Below are positions 1-9,389 of a DNA stretch of 20,000 nt, in pieces (position 1 is the stretch's first letter; each line of letters begins with the position of its first letter). Source of the DNA: Chiloscyllium plagiosum (Eukaryota); contig NC_057758.1 of the NCBI RefSeq assembly GCF_004010195.1, positions 1,793,499 to 1,813,498 on the forward strand, given 5' to 3'. The position numbers were made by a program, and so were the translations under genes. The notes under the pieces are model-generated. The model was not told the DNA's origin, did no database searches, and was given only the letters and a program-made list of their open reading frames with translations.

Positions 1-213
1 CGGGTTGCACCGCTCGAAGACAAAGGAGGCAAGTTCCGCGTGGAGTCAGAGAAAATGGGTCGGATTCTTAACTAGTACTTTGCCTTAGAATTCACCGAGG
101 AGAGGGAATGACGGATATTGAGGTTAAGGATAGGAGTTTGATTACGCTAAGTAAAGTCGGCATAAGGTTGGACGAAGTGTTGGATATTCTAAAAGACGTT
201 AACGTGGACAAGG
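1..213 (+). mobile_element. CR1 LINE ORF2 fragment (region between EN and RT), runs off window start
   Basis: Frame 1 reads RVAPLEDKGGKFRVESEKMGRILN*YFALEFTEER, then EVLDILKDVNVDK in the 108..383 ORF. This parallels the CR1 copy at ~14100-14320 (LCVEPQEMGEILNECFASVF...EEVLDVLKRLKVD). Confidence 0.85.
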
Positions 214-737
214 CGCAGATCGGTATGGAAGTTCACCAATGTCCCGTGAATCAATTCAAAAACAACTTAAATCAGCTGAGTTGCAGAGGAAAGGTTAAAT
301 CGATGAGATCGAGGCTGCGTTTGACTGAACGTGGCATCAATCAGCGCCACGTGAAAGAGAATCGTTGGGAGTTGAGGAGATAGGCTGATGGATAAAAAAT
401 CCTCTGCTAGGGTTGTACCTGGTGCAAATGGAAGACAGATGTCTGAAACCAGTCATCTCAGCTCCAGGGGATCTCTGCAATAATTATTCAGGGAAGTCCC
501 CCGATACAAGCCATATTCATATGCTTCGTTGATAACTTTCCCCGCATAATGGGATAGAGGATGATAGTAGTATATAAAATTATAAGTTTGAAGATTTAAA
601 TCTGTTTTCCAGTTTGGAAATATAAAATTCTGATGGGAGGGGGAGGGGTGGGTTGGTGGTCGCGGTGGCATAATTTTAAAGGTGAGAAACAGAAGCTTAA
701 TGGTTACGTGCGAGGCGAGTTCTCGAATCAGTGGGAG

Positions 738-1314
738 GGGTGTAGGACCTTTCGGCGCAGCCACTTTGGAGCGAGCGATTCAACGCGGCCGGTTTGGCGC
801 AGCACGTTTTGGCACAGACCCATTTAGGTGCGGAACTGTTTCAACGCAGCTCAAATTTATTCCTTTTCAGGCTTAGTTGCAAGCATTAATGAAAGTAATA
901 AAAATAAAAATAATGTTTATCTTCTTCAGTAAAAATGTTTTAAAGGAAAGTAAAAATGAAAGAAATAAGGTAAATACGAAAAATCTGAAATATGACATTT
1001 ATACAAAATTATGGGTAATCCCTCGTAAATACTCAATGTCATTTCTCTCACTAAATCTTCTTACAAGTATCTGTATTCTAGCGTCTGCTTTCCTGAATTT
1101 CTTCAATTTCAATGGAATATCATTCGAATGGGTTATATTTTATTTTAATAATAGCGACAAAGTACTGAATAACTACAAACCACTGAATAACTACAAAACA
1201 ATTCTGCACCGAAATGGTTCGCGGCAAACCGGCCGCGCCATTTCGCTCACGCCTAAATGGGTCTGTGCCAAAATGGACTGCGCCAAATCGGCTGTGCCGA
1301 ATGGTCCCACTGTG
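738..1314. mobile_element. Non-autonomous Mutator-like (MULE/foldback-type) DNA transposon, ~577 bp
   Basis: Direct repeat CAGTGGGAG at 729-737 and 1315-1323 (9-bp TSD). GC-rich inverted arms of ~110 bp built from ~15-bp subrepeats, including a perfect 22-bp inverted match (TTTTGGCACAGACCCATTTAGG 807-828 vs 1252-1273). AT-rich non-coding interior. Confidence 0.8.
1164..1197. repeat. 18-bp-period tandem duplication inside the MITE
   Basis: ACTGAATAACTACAAA at 1164-1179 and 1182-1197. Confidence 0.9.
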
Positions 1315-1601
1315 CAGTGGGAGGCACGTGCCGGGAACTGACTGCTCGTGGAAGTGGTCTAAGCAGATGCAAGAGCAATGTTTGATATTTAGAGCAACAG
1401 ATGAACAAGCAGCGAACAGAGGGATTTGGAACATGTGCATCCCCATGAATGTTTAGTTTGGTAGAATGGTTGTCACAGACATGGTCGACTGAAAAGCCTG
1501 ATTTTGTATCGTGCTGTTTATCATGTCATCAGTGAGGATGTTCGCTGATGAATACACAACACTGTAAGTGGCTGTAAATGTTCAGGCTTGGAATATTAAG
1601 T

Positions 1602-1760
1602 TGACAGGTTGGAGGCTGGAAGTACACAGCAAGCTAGGCAGTATTAGATGGTGCTGAAGTCGATGTTTCACGTGCAAACCTTCGTCAGGTCCTGTTCTTC
1701 CAGTCCTCTGCCTGTCTATTTTGGATTCCAGCACCTGCAGTGTTTATGTTTGTGTCTACC
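1602..1760. mobile_element. Penelope-like mini-element (terminal sequences only, inverted) with degenerate hammerhead motif
   Basis: Flanked by CTTGGAATATTAAGT (1587-1601) and CTTGGAACAATAAGT (1761-1775). gacaggttggaggctggaagtacacag is an imperfect inverted copy of ctgttcttccagtcctctgcctgtc. Minus strand has CTGACGA...GAAACATC (1688-1662). Tail ttccagcacctgcag resembles 4979-4990. Confidence 0.75.
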
Positions 1761-2503
1761 CTTGGAACAATAAGTGGCAAGTTTCATTCGTTCCATGCAA
1801 ATACCAAGCAATGACTATCTCCAAGTATATCTAGCAACTACTCCTTGATTTTCAAAGGCAGTATCATAACTGACTTCCTAAACATGAACTTCCTGAGATT
1901 CCCTTGAAAAGAATCTCATTGGGACTCACCATAAAAATGCAACACAGGTCAGAAGCTAGGAATACGGCAAGTGAAAACACAACTTCTGGATCATTAATAC
2001 TGTTGAACATCGACAGATAGAAGTCAAAAATGTGATGAAATACGACCACCTTGCGTGAATGATTGCAGCTCCAACAATAGACAAGGAACCTAGAATTGTT
2101 TAGAAACACGCAGCCTGATTGAATGGAATTACATCGATAAACATCCATTGTCTCCACCACTGATGATGACAAGACGTACTGCAGACATTCGCCAAATTAG
2201 CCAACATCTTCCAGACCGAGGAAGTTCACCTGGAAAGACAAAGGCGGAGTATATATGAGGTCACCAGTCTGTACAATTTCTCATTGTCATCCTAACTTGG
2301 AAATCTTTGGACGTTTTTTCAACTGTAGGTATTTCATAATTCTGGGAGCTCTCACACCATCAAGCTCTATCGTCCAATGTGAGCTTTATTGCCTTGGTCT
2401 GCATTGATTCAAGCAGTTATTTCAGAACCACCTTTTGGGCACATGCAGTGACATATACATTCCAAGTCTGAATGAAAAAAAATTGAACAACAACTGCTCA
2501 TGA

Positions 2504-2608
2504 ACGTAATGATGAACAACCGTCTTGAATTTTCACAATGCTTTTTGGTAAGTCACGTAATGGTGAACCACCATCTTGAATCTCCACAGTGTTTTTGTTT
2601 GGTAAGCA
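2504..2608. repeat. Diverged ~51-bp tandem duplication
   Basis: ACGTAATGATGAACAACCGTCTTGAAT...TTGGTAAG (from 2504) repeated as ACGTAATGGTGAACCACCATCTTGAAT...TTGGTAAG (from 2555). Confidence 0.85.
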
Positions 2609-4003
2609 CTCTGAAAGACCTTTTAGTAAGATAGTCCGATATTCATAGACATTTGTGGTCATAAAGTTGGCAAGAAACTCACAGTGTTTTTATTCCACGT
2701 TATTTCTGCCCTAATGTCTCGAAGTCGTGATGATGACAAGTTAAGAAAACTTTACTAAGGGACACTTGCTCAGAGCATTTTCTGAACATTTCTCTCTCTG
2801 TCAAACCTGCTCAGAACTTTGAATGTATCTATTAGAAATATTACGGACAGTGAATGTCCCTCAGCCGTGGTACTGTCCCCTGTGTTCTGCATCATGGTTT
2901 AACTTCTATTTCAATCCCAAGATTTCAAAATATGCTGTAACGAGTGAAAGAGTATGATGGTGGAAAAGCAAAGCCGATCAGTTAGCATCCAAGGAGCAGG
3001 AGAGTCTATGTTTCGAGCATAACCTCTTCTCATTGATGAAGCGGAAGGCATGGTTGGTGTCCCGGAGTATGAGTGCAGGTTCTGCTCCAAGAGGGACAGG
3101 GCACTGTCAAGGTATGCAATAAGCAGTTCGTTGGGGCTGGAGGAGGCTGAGACAATAAGGTCGATATGAACAGTCAGGTTTGTGAAGTTTGGGTCAGGGG
3201 TAGAACCAGGTGGTACAGTTTTCCCGGATATGAGGCGGGAGGCTGATGGTGGGAGAAACCCTGAGGAATCAGCAGAAACGGGGGAGGTCCACTTGTAGTT
3301 TGGTACACCGAACTCAACACCACTGAAGCCAGGCGCCTACTCACAGATGACTCTTCCTATTACCCCCTCGACCACGACCTCAACTCTGATCACGAAACCA
3401 TGATTTCCCAAGCCATCCACAACCTCATCACCTCAAAAATCCCCTCATGGGTTCTTGCTATGTCTGCCTCTTCGCTGGGACTTGCGTGAGATTTATCAGT
3501 AATTCCACACACGTCATCTACTTTATCTTCTCTAAATTCGGGAGATAGAACCCCAAATTGCAGAACTTTTCAGACATCATCTCTGGAACACATGCACCAA
3601 ACAACCCCACCTATCTATCGCCGAACAATTTAGCCACCCTCACCGAATCCGCCAAGGGCATGCAGTCCTCGGCCTCCTCAATCACAAAGCTCTAGCCACC
3701 CGACGCCTGGACGAAGAACGCTTGATCTTCAATATCGGGATCCTCTAACTACGCGTGACCAATATGGATGCTATCAGTTTCCTCATTTCCTCTCCGCCCA
3801 CCTTATCCCAGAAGCAACCATCCAAGTTGGAACCACTCTCTTACCTGTCCATCTTCTTTCCCACCTATTCACCCCACAGCTTCCATACCCTATCACGTAC
3901 TCAGCACCTTCATCTACTTTTAGCATTCCCAGCTACCTTCCACCAGGACCACCCTCCTGCTATTTATCTTTCGGACCTCTTGGGACTTTCCCACATTCCT
4001 GAT

Positions 4004-4888
4004 AGAACATAGAACAATACAGCACAGAATAGGCCCTTCGGCCCATGATGATGTGCCGACCATTTGTCCTGGCTTAAGCACCTATCCATGTACCTATCCA
4101 ATTGCAGCTTAAAGGTCAACAATGGTTCTGACTCTGCCACTCCCACAGGCAGCTCATTCCATGCCCCCACCACTCTCTGGGTAAAGAACCTACCCCTGAC
4201 ATCCCCCTATACCTTCCACCCTTCACCTTAACTTTATGTCCCCTTGTAACACTCTGTTGTACCTGGGGAAAAACTCTCTTACTGTCTACTCTATCTATTC
4301 CCCTGATCATCTTATAAACCTCTATGAAGTCACCCCTCATCCTTCGCCGTTCCAACGAGAAAACGCCTAGCACTCACAACCTATCCTCGTACGACCTATT
4401 CTCCATTCCAGGCAACATCCTGGTACATCTCCTCTGCACCCTCTCCAAAGCTTCCACATCTTTCCTAAAATGAGGCGACCAGAACTGCACACAGTACTTC
4501 AAATGTGGCCTTACCAAGGTCCTATTCAGCGGCAACATCACCTCACGACTCTTGAATTCAATCCCTCTGCTAATGAACGCTAATACACTATAGGCCTTCT
4601 TACATGATCTATTCACTTGAGTGGCAACTTTCATAGATCTATGAACATAGACTCCAAGATCCCTGTGTTCCTCCACCTTACTAAGAACCCTACCGTTAAC
4701 CCTGTATTCAGCACTCTTATTTGTCCTTCCAAAATGGACAACCTCACACTTGACAGGGTTGAACTCCATCTGCCACTCCTCAGCCCAGCTTTGCATCATA
4801 TCTAAGTCCCTTTGCAGCCGACAACAGCCCTTCTCACTATCCACAACTCCACTAATCTTCGTATCGTCTGCAGATTTACTGACCCATA
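4004..4888 (-). mobile_element. 5'-truncated CR1 LINE (C-terminal RT, 3' UTR, TTCTATG tail)
   Basis: ORF 4374..5030 contains SADDTKISG, WAEEWQMEFNPVKCEVVHFG, LVRPHLKYCVQFWSP, ALERVQRR. ORF 4116..4373 has FSLERRRMRGDFIEVYK and TRGH. Tail agaacatagaac starts at 4004. CTGAT duplicated at 3999-4003 and 4889-4893. Confidence 0.95.
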
Positions 4889-4918
4889 CTGATGAAGCGC
4901 TTATGCTCGAAACGTCAA
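4889..4918 (+). ncRNA. Minimal type I hammerhead ribozyme core in the Penelope terminal repeat (probably disabled)
   Basis: CTGATGA (4889-4895), stem II a-gcgc-ttat-gctc (one mismatch), GAAA (4909-4912), C, then GTC cleavage triplet (4914-4916). Minimal hammerheads are an established feature of Penelope pseudo-LTRs. Confidence 0.7.
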
Positions 4919-5283
4919 CTCTCCTGTTCCTATCTGACCAGCTGCGCGTTTCCAGCACTACATTTTTTGGCTCTGATCTCCTGCATCTGCTAACCTCACT
5001 TTCTCCTAGTATGCTCTGTAACACCAGCATTTGAAAGCTTTTGCAAGAGGTTTAAAGAGCCTCACTAGGGAGTAACGGGCACATATGTTCCTGTTATCTT
5101 TTGGAACTTCTTGCTGAAATAAATTGAATCAATGATCTCACATTCTACATTTGGAGAATTGTGTGCTTGTACTTCAGTGAAAAACTTCACCTTGCTTTGA
5201 TTGAAACACAACGAAGTGAGTAGAGTCACATTTCATGCTGGGCACTGACCTTGTCCAATGCTAACACAACCTGTGAGTATGCG

Positions 5284-5454
5284 TTTATTAAGGAATTGAC
5301 TGGGAGACACGTGTTGTCTTTCCTCCGAGTTCCTGCTGCTCTTGGTGAGTGATCCGCCCCTTCGGGGCTAGTCTCAATGTAGGTTGCTCATGATTAAATG
5401 GAGGTTGCTCTGCATGTTCGTAATAAGCTTCCTTGATCTTAGAGCTGACTGCGT
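5284..5454 (-). other. Candidate terminal exon of an unidentified host transcript
   Basis: Minus strand: TTTTCTTTTCTCACAG acceptor ending at 5455, open frame (D)AVSSKIKEAYYEHAEQPPFNHEQPTLRL...SQSIP, TAA at 5290-5288 overlapping AATAAA (5289-5284), then CA and GGTTGTGTT. No homology recognised. Confidence 0.25.
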
Positions 5455-5774
5455 CTGTGAGAAAAGAAAATCGTGAGAAAGATGCCATCAGCGTTGCAGA
5501 TGGAGGAATATTGGTAAAGGGTGTTGTTGGATGTGAACCTATCTCTCCGTGCACTATCGACATGATTATTCCAGCGGAGAAGGAGAGGGCCCTTCAACAC
5601 ATCACACATATGTAGTATGTAATATCACGGTGGGTGATAAATGTAATGCCACATCCCTTCATGACATCTCCACTCTCTGTCTCTGAAAATACTTCCAGCA
5701 GAAAAATTCATTCTGATATCCATACAACACGATTTATACTTTCCTGCCAATTCCGTTATGGAAATCAACTCATC

Positions 5775-5945
5775 ATTGGTGGCCATGCCTTCAGCTAACT
5801 GACGCCTAAACTGCAGACCTCATCAGTCAACGCAAGCCCCCTCTTTCTATGCTTTCAAGACCGACATTGTCAACTGTCAATTTGAGAAGACATTTGGTCA
5901 CTTGTCCCCAGTATCATTTTTTGTGATTCAGCATCAAATATATTT
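5775..5945 (+). mobile_element. Old L2-type LINE/SINE 3'-end fragment
   Basis: attggtggccatgccttcagc ... tttggtcacttgtcc matches my recollection of the shark L2 3' end (GGRAFS motif region). Confidence 0.55.
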
Positions 5946-6904
5946 TCCTCAGAAATCGTAATTTTATCAGAGTCCTTCACATTGTCTTCACGTGAACTCT
6001 TCTGGTCTCACGCTGCCAGGAATAGACCTGACAGTGAGAGTTATCCACTCTTCATGCCCCAGTCTACCTCAGATAAATTACAGTGGCAGTTGCTTCCACT
6101 CATTAGGTCCTAATCGATCATAGGTACACCACATGGGTGTACTGTCCTTCTTTCTGGTGCAAATCTACATTTCTATGAATATATTGGGAGTACTGTGCTC
6201 CCTTCCTGCCTCAGTCTATTTTGATAGAATATTGTGAGAGCCCAGCATACTCATTGGTTCATTATATCCAACTTTAGGAGCTCCCTATCTAACGTGGAGA
6301 GTTGGCGCTGGTAACACTGTGCACTCTTCTCGTTCCATTATACCTTGGATAGTACACGCTGAGATCACTGTTCTCTCCTAAATTCCCAACCCGCCACACC
6401 ACAGCATTGCCTGTCTTCAATATATCTCGGATGGACCACATTGGGAGGTCTGTACTTGGAGCATAATTATGCAGATACACAAAAATTGGTTTTGAAGACT
6501 TCTGAACGCATTTTATTGAGCTACTCCCTTCTTGAGCTATACCACAGTTAATGATCAGCATGTGTGTTCAGAATGGAGGAAGATGTGATTGAACCTACCG
6601 TAACAGTGGCGAGGAATGAAGTAGATTGCATAGTTGGGGGCATGACTATTGCTGCACGAAGTAATGCGTGGCACAACATGGAAAAAGCCTATTTGTGTAG
6701 TCTTTTTGACACTTTGCGTTCTGTTGATACTAATGTCTGTCATTTGGACACTGCTAGTTGTGTAGATTTTCTGCCCCTTGGCCTATTGCTTTCAGAAAGA
6801 TGTGAGCAAAGCATGTGGTATTGAATATCGTCTGTTGTCTGCCCGTTTTCTTGGTGGGATCATTGTGCCTTCGTACAAATGGTAGAGGGCAGTATTCAGG
6901 AATA

Positions 6905-8146
6905 GTCAGTGATGCCAAGTTTGGGTTTCGCCAGAGAGACTCAGGTCCTGATTTCAATACGGCCATGGTTCATACATGGACAAAAGAGCTGATTTCCAAA
7001 GGTGAGATGAGAGTGACAGAAATTGTAGATCATAAAATCCGCATATCACTGAGAATAGTACCAAGGATACCTTGCATAACTGGAATGAATGGGGATCGAG
7101 GGCAATCACTCCGCTGGTTAGACACAAAACTGCCACAAAGGAAGATGGTTGTGGTTGTGGAGCATCAGTCATCTTAGCTCCAGAACATCTCTGCAGAAGT
7201 CCCTCAGTGTAGTGCAGTGACCCCACAATCTTCCGCTGCTTCATCAACGACATTCCCTCTGTCATAAGGTCAAAAGTGGGGTTGCTCCCCGATGTTTGCG
7301 CAGTATTCAGTCCCATTCGAGACGACTCAGAAGGAAAAACAATCCGTGTTCAAATGCAAAAAGATCTCGAGGCTTGGTCCGACAAGTGGCAAGTAACAGT
7401 CATGCCACACAAATGCCAAAAATGACCATCACCAGCCACAGACACTCTAACAACTGCCCCTTGGCATTCAACAGTATTACCATAATTGAAACCCTCACTG
7501 TCAAAATTCTTGAGGTTATCGCTGACCAGAAGCACAACTGGACTCACCACATAAACACAGTGGCTACAAAAGCAGGTCAGAGTCGAGGGATACTGCAGCG
7601 AGTAACTAAACTCCTGATAGCTCAACTCCATCCCTCATCTGTATGGCACAAGTCAATTGCCTGAATAAGTGCAGCTCCAACAACATTTAAAATGCTTGAC
7701 GCCATCCAGTACAAAACAACACGCGTGATTGGCACCACATCTACAAACACTCAATCTCTCTACCTCCAGCACACAGTAACAGCAATATCTACGATCTACA
7801 AGATACACTCCAGAAATTCACCAAAGATCGTTAGACAGCACCTTCCAGACCCAAGACCATTTCCATCTGGAAGGGCAAGGGCAGCAGGTACTTTGGAACA
7901 CCACTACCTGCAAGTTCTCCTCCAAACCCCTCACTAGCCTGATTTGGAAATAAATCCCTATTCTGTCACAGCCGTTCAGTCAAAATTTTGGAATTCCCTC
8001 TCTACCAGCATTGTGGCTCATTCGCTAGGAAGTGGACTACAGCGAATCAACAAGGCAAATCACCACGACCTTCTCAAGAGCAAATAGGGATGGGCTATCA
8101 ATGATGGCCAGCCAGCAACGCCCAAGTGCCACAAATTAATAAAAAC
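6905..8146 (+). mobile_element. 5'-truncated CR1/L2-group LINE (family B), RT to 3' tail, frameshifted
   Basis: SDAKFGFRQRDSGPD, VHTWTKEL, SLRWLD, a degenerate VPQGSVLGP-like segment (gtccctcagtgtagtg), WSDKWQVT, NWTHHINTVATKAGQ. Ends aattaataaaaa at ~8145. Confidence 0.85.
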
Positions 8147-8254
8147 TGTAAAAAGACTTCTCATCTCCCCATTGAAGAGTCATCACTCCGAACTATCTTC
8201 GCCATGGAAACACCGTAAAATTTACTTTTCTAGCATCGTCCATTACCATCCATG

Positions 8255-9245
8255 GTGATGTTCTGACAAACACAACAGAGTACCATCTTCCCCGCTCCAT
8301 TAAACGAAGATTTCTCCTTGACAATTGCCACTCGAGTAGATACTGAGAGTTAACGAGGATAAAGAATACATTCGGATCAAGTGATAATTTTGTGCCCGAA
8401 CGAGGCTGGACTGATCAAGCAGCACCCACAAAGGCCTGAAGGACAGACATAGCCTGTGCCAGGTTGGAGTAAGGAGCAACATGAGGAAGAGGCCTACTTA
8501 ACCTCATCCACATCCACTTATCCCTGTCAGTATGTGTACTCGAGAGAATGGGCGCCTGAAAGCACTGGCATAAGTGAAGTTCGCCTTCACATAGAGGAGA
8601 CAGTCATCATGCTGTTTTGTCTGACACTGTGTAAAGAGGGACAGGTTCGTGAAAATTCAGAGAGATGAAATTCGAACATTGGTGAGGCGACGTGATCTAT
8701 CCGTCACAGTACAATTGTAGTCATTGCAATATGTGAGCTATCGACCTCATGTATCCCTGACACGACCCTGACACACAAGCCAATTCTTCAAACGTGGTTC
8801 GATGAAGAATGCACAAGGACGTGTAGAAGCAAGACTGGACATAGCAAATGAAAGAGAGACAACTCTGGTGAATGGCAAAATTCATGCAAGCCAAACAGCA
8901 GAAGGAACACGTGATAGTAAGAATCTGTATTCCCACGCCCACGAGTTCAAATAAAAGCTGCACAGTTGATGCAGAACTGGTGATGGTGTTCTGATTAGGA
9001 ACTGAACAGATAGGGATAGTCCACACGTCTCAGCACTCTGAATGTATGGGGAGCTCAGGCCGTCAGTGAAAAGCACAAGGTTAAATCGTTTCTGAGTATA
9101 TACCGGACGAAATTACCATGTTGATGACATATTCCAAGTCTTCGAGTGGTTCTCGACATCCCAGAGGCCATTCACTCAGTTGAACTTCAAACTACAACTG
9201 AAGGCTTTGCACGCAAAATCCCGGCAGTTGTACTGAAGGCAGAGA
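8255..9245 (+). mobile_element. Heavily decayed endonuclease/linker region of a family B LINE
   Basis: Remnants ctacttaacctcatc (LDLI-like), tggttcgatgaagaatgc (WFDEEC, the PWFNEEC motif), MQAKQQKEHVI, tggtgatgg (WWW-like). Many stops and indels; boundaries approximate. Confidence 0.6.
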
Positions 9246-9389
9246 ATCACCCCAAAGTCAGGCAGTGAGCTGTTGATTGACATCGATTTCATTGTTCACA
9301 CTTTGCTGGAAGCTGTCACGCTGGGTTCTTTGTTATGATAAGTTAAAAGAAAACGGCCTTACCATTTTGGGGAAGAGAGTGCAAGCATT

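Larger units (their letters stand above)
551..1523 (+). mobile_element. Decayed CR1 3'-end fragment inserted in family B LINE and itself split by a MITE at 738-1314
   Basis: ggcataattttaaaggtgaga (~667) resembles gggcataggtttcgggtgaga (~15348). After the MITE, gaactgactgctcgtggaagtgg ... gactgaaaagcctgattt follows the CR1 3' end seen at 15430-15610. Confidence 0.7.
230..2482 (+). mobile_element. Old, decayed CR1/L2-group LINE (family B), RT to 3' end, interrupted by nested insertions
   Basis: Colinear similarity to the 6905-8146 copy: cagtcatctcagctccag (~450) vs cagtcatcttagctccag (~7166); gatgttcgctgatg (FADD motif, ~1537); aagtggcaagt (~1772 vs ~7384); aaagacaaaggcgg (~2234) vs aagggcaagggcag (~7871). 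Ends in an A-rich tail at ~2475-2482. Boundaries approximate. Confidence 0.75.
2942..5009 (+). mobile_element. Decayed Penelope-like element with inverted 5' segment, RT and GIY-YIG remnants, interrupted by CR1
   Basis: Minus 3040-3220 matches Penelope RT FYLLPKIHKPD.PGRPIVSAC (PKLHKPD, IVSASSSPNEL). Plus 3305-3435 reads EARRLLTDDSSYYPLDHD; ~3447 MGSCYVCLFAG; 3500-3770 GIY-YIG-domain remnants (STHVIY, VLGLL, TRRLDEERLIF). Inverted terminal match 2993-3022 vs 4901-4930. Flanks TATGCTGTAAC (2931-2941) and TATGCTCTGTAAC (5010-5022). Confidence 0.85.

Noticed and set aside
741..855. Periodic repeats as a CRISPR-like array or iterons
   Set aside because: Units abut without spacers, are degenerate, and have an inverted partner at 1200-1312; the context is eukaryotic with no cas genes.
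682..1456. ORFs 682..876, 877..1341, 1120..1446 and 1214..1456 with repeated RFGA motifs, as a small repeat protein
   Set aside because: The peptide repeats come from the 15-bp subrepeats of the MITE arms and appear on both strands; the interior is low-complexity AT-rich DNA.
4374..5030. 218-aa minus ORF as a novel chimeric gene
   Set aside because: It is antisense PLE terminal repeat (4889-5030) fortuitously in frame with a truncated CR1 RT whose motif is mutated (SADD), and it lacks an ATG start.
5356..5368. GCCCCTTCGGGGC hairpin with a UUCG-type loop, as a terminator or structured RNA
   Set aside because: Stem of only 4-5 bp, no U-tract and no larger fold; expected by chance.
6905..9245. 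Family B 3' half followed by a 5' half, as a permuted or tandem single element
   Set aside because: The two parts differ clearly in decay and are separated by the 3' tail, so independent insertions are simpler.
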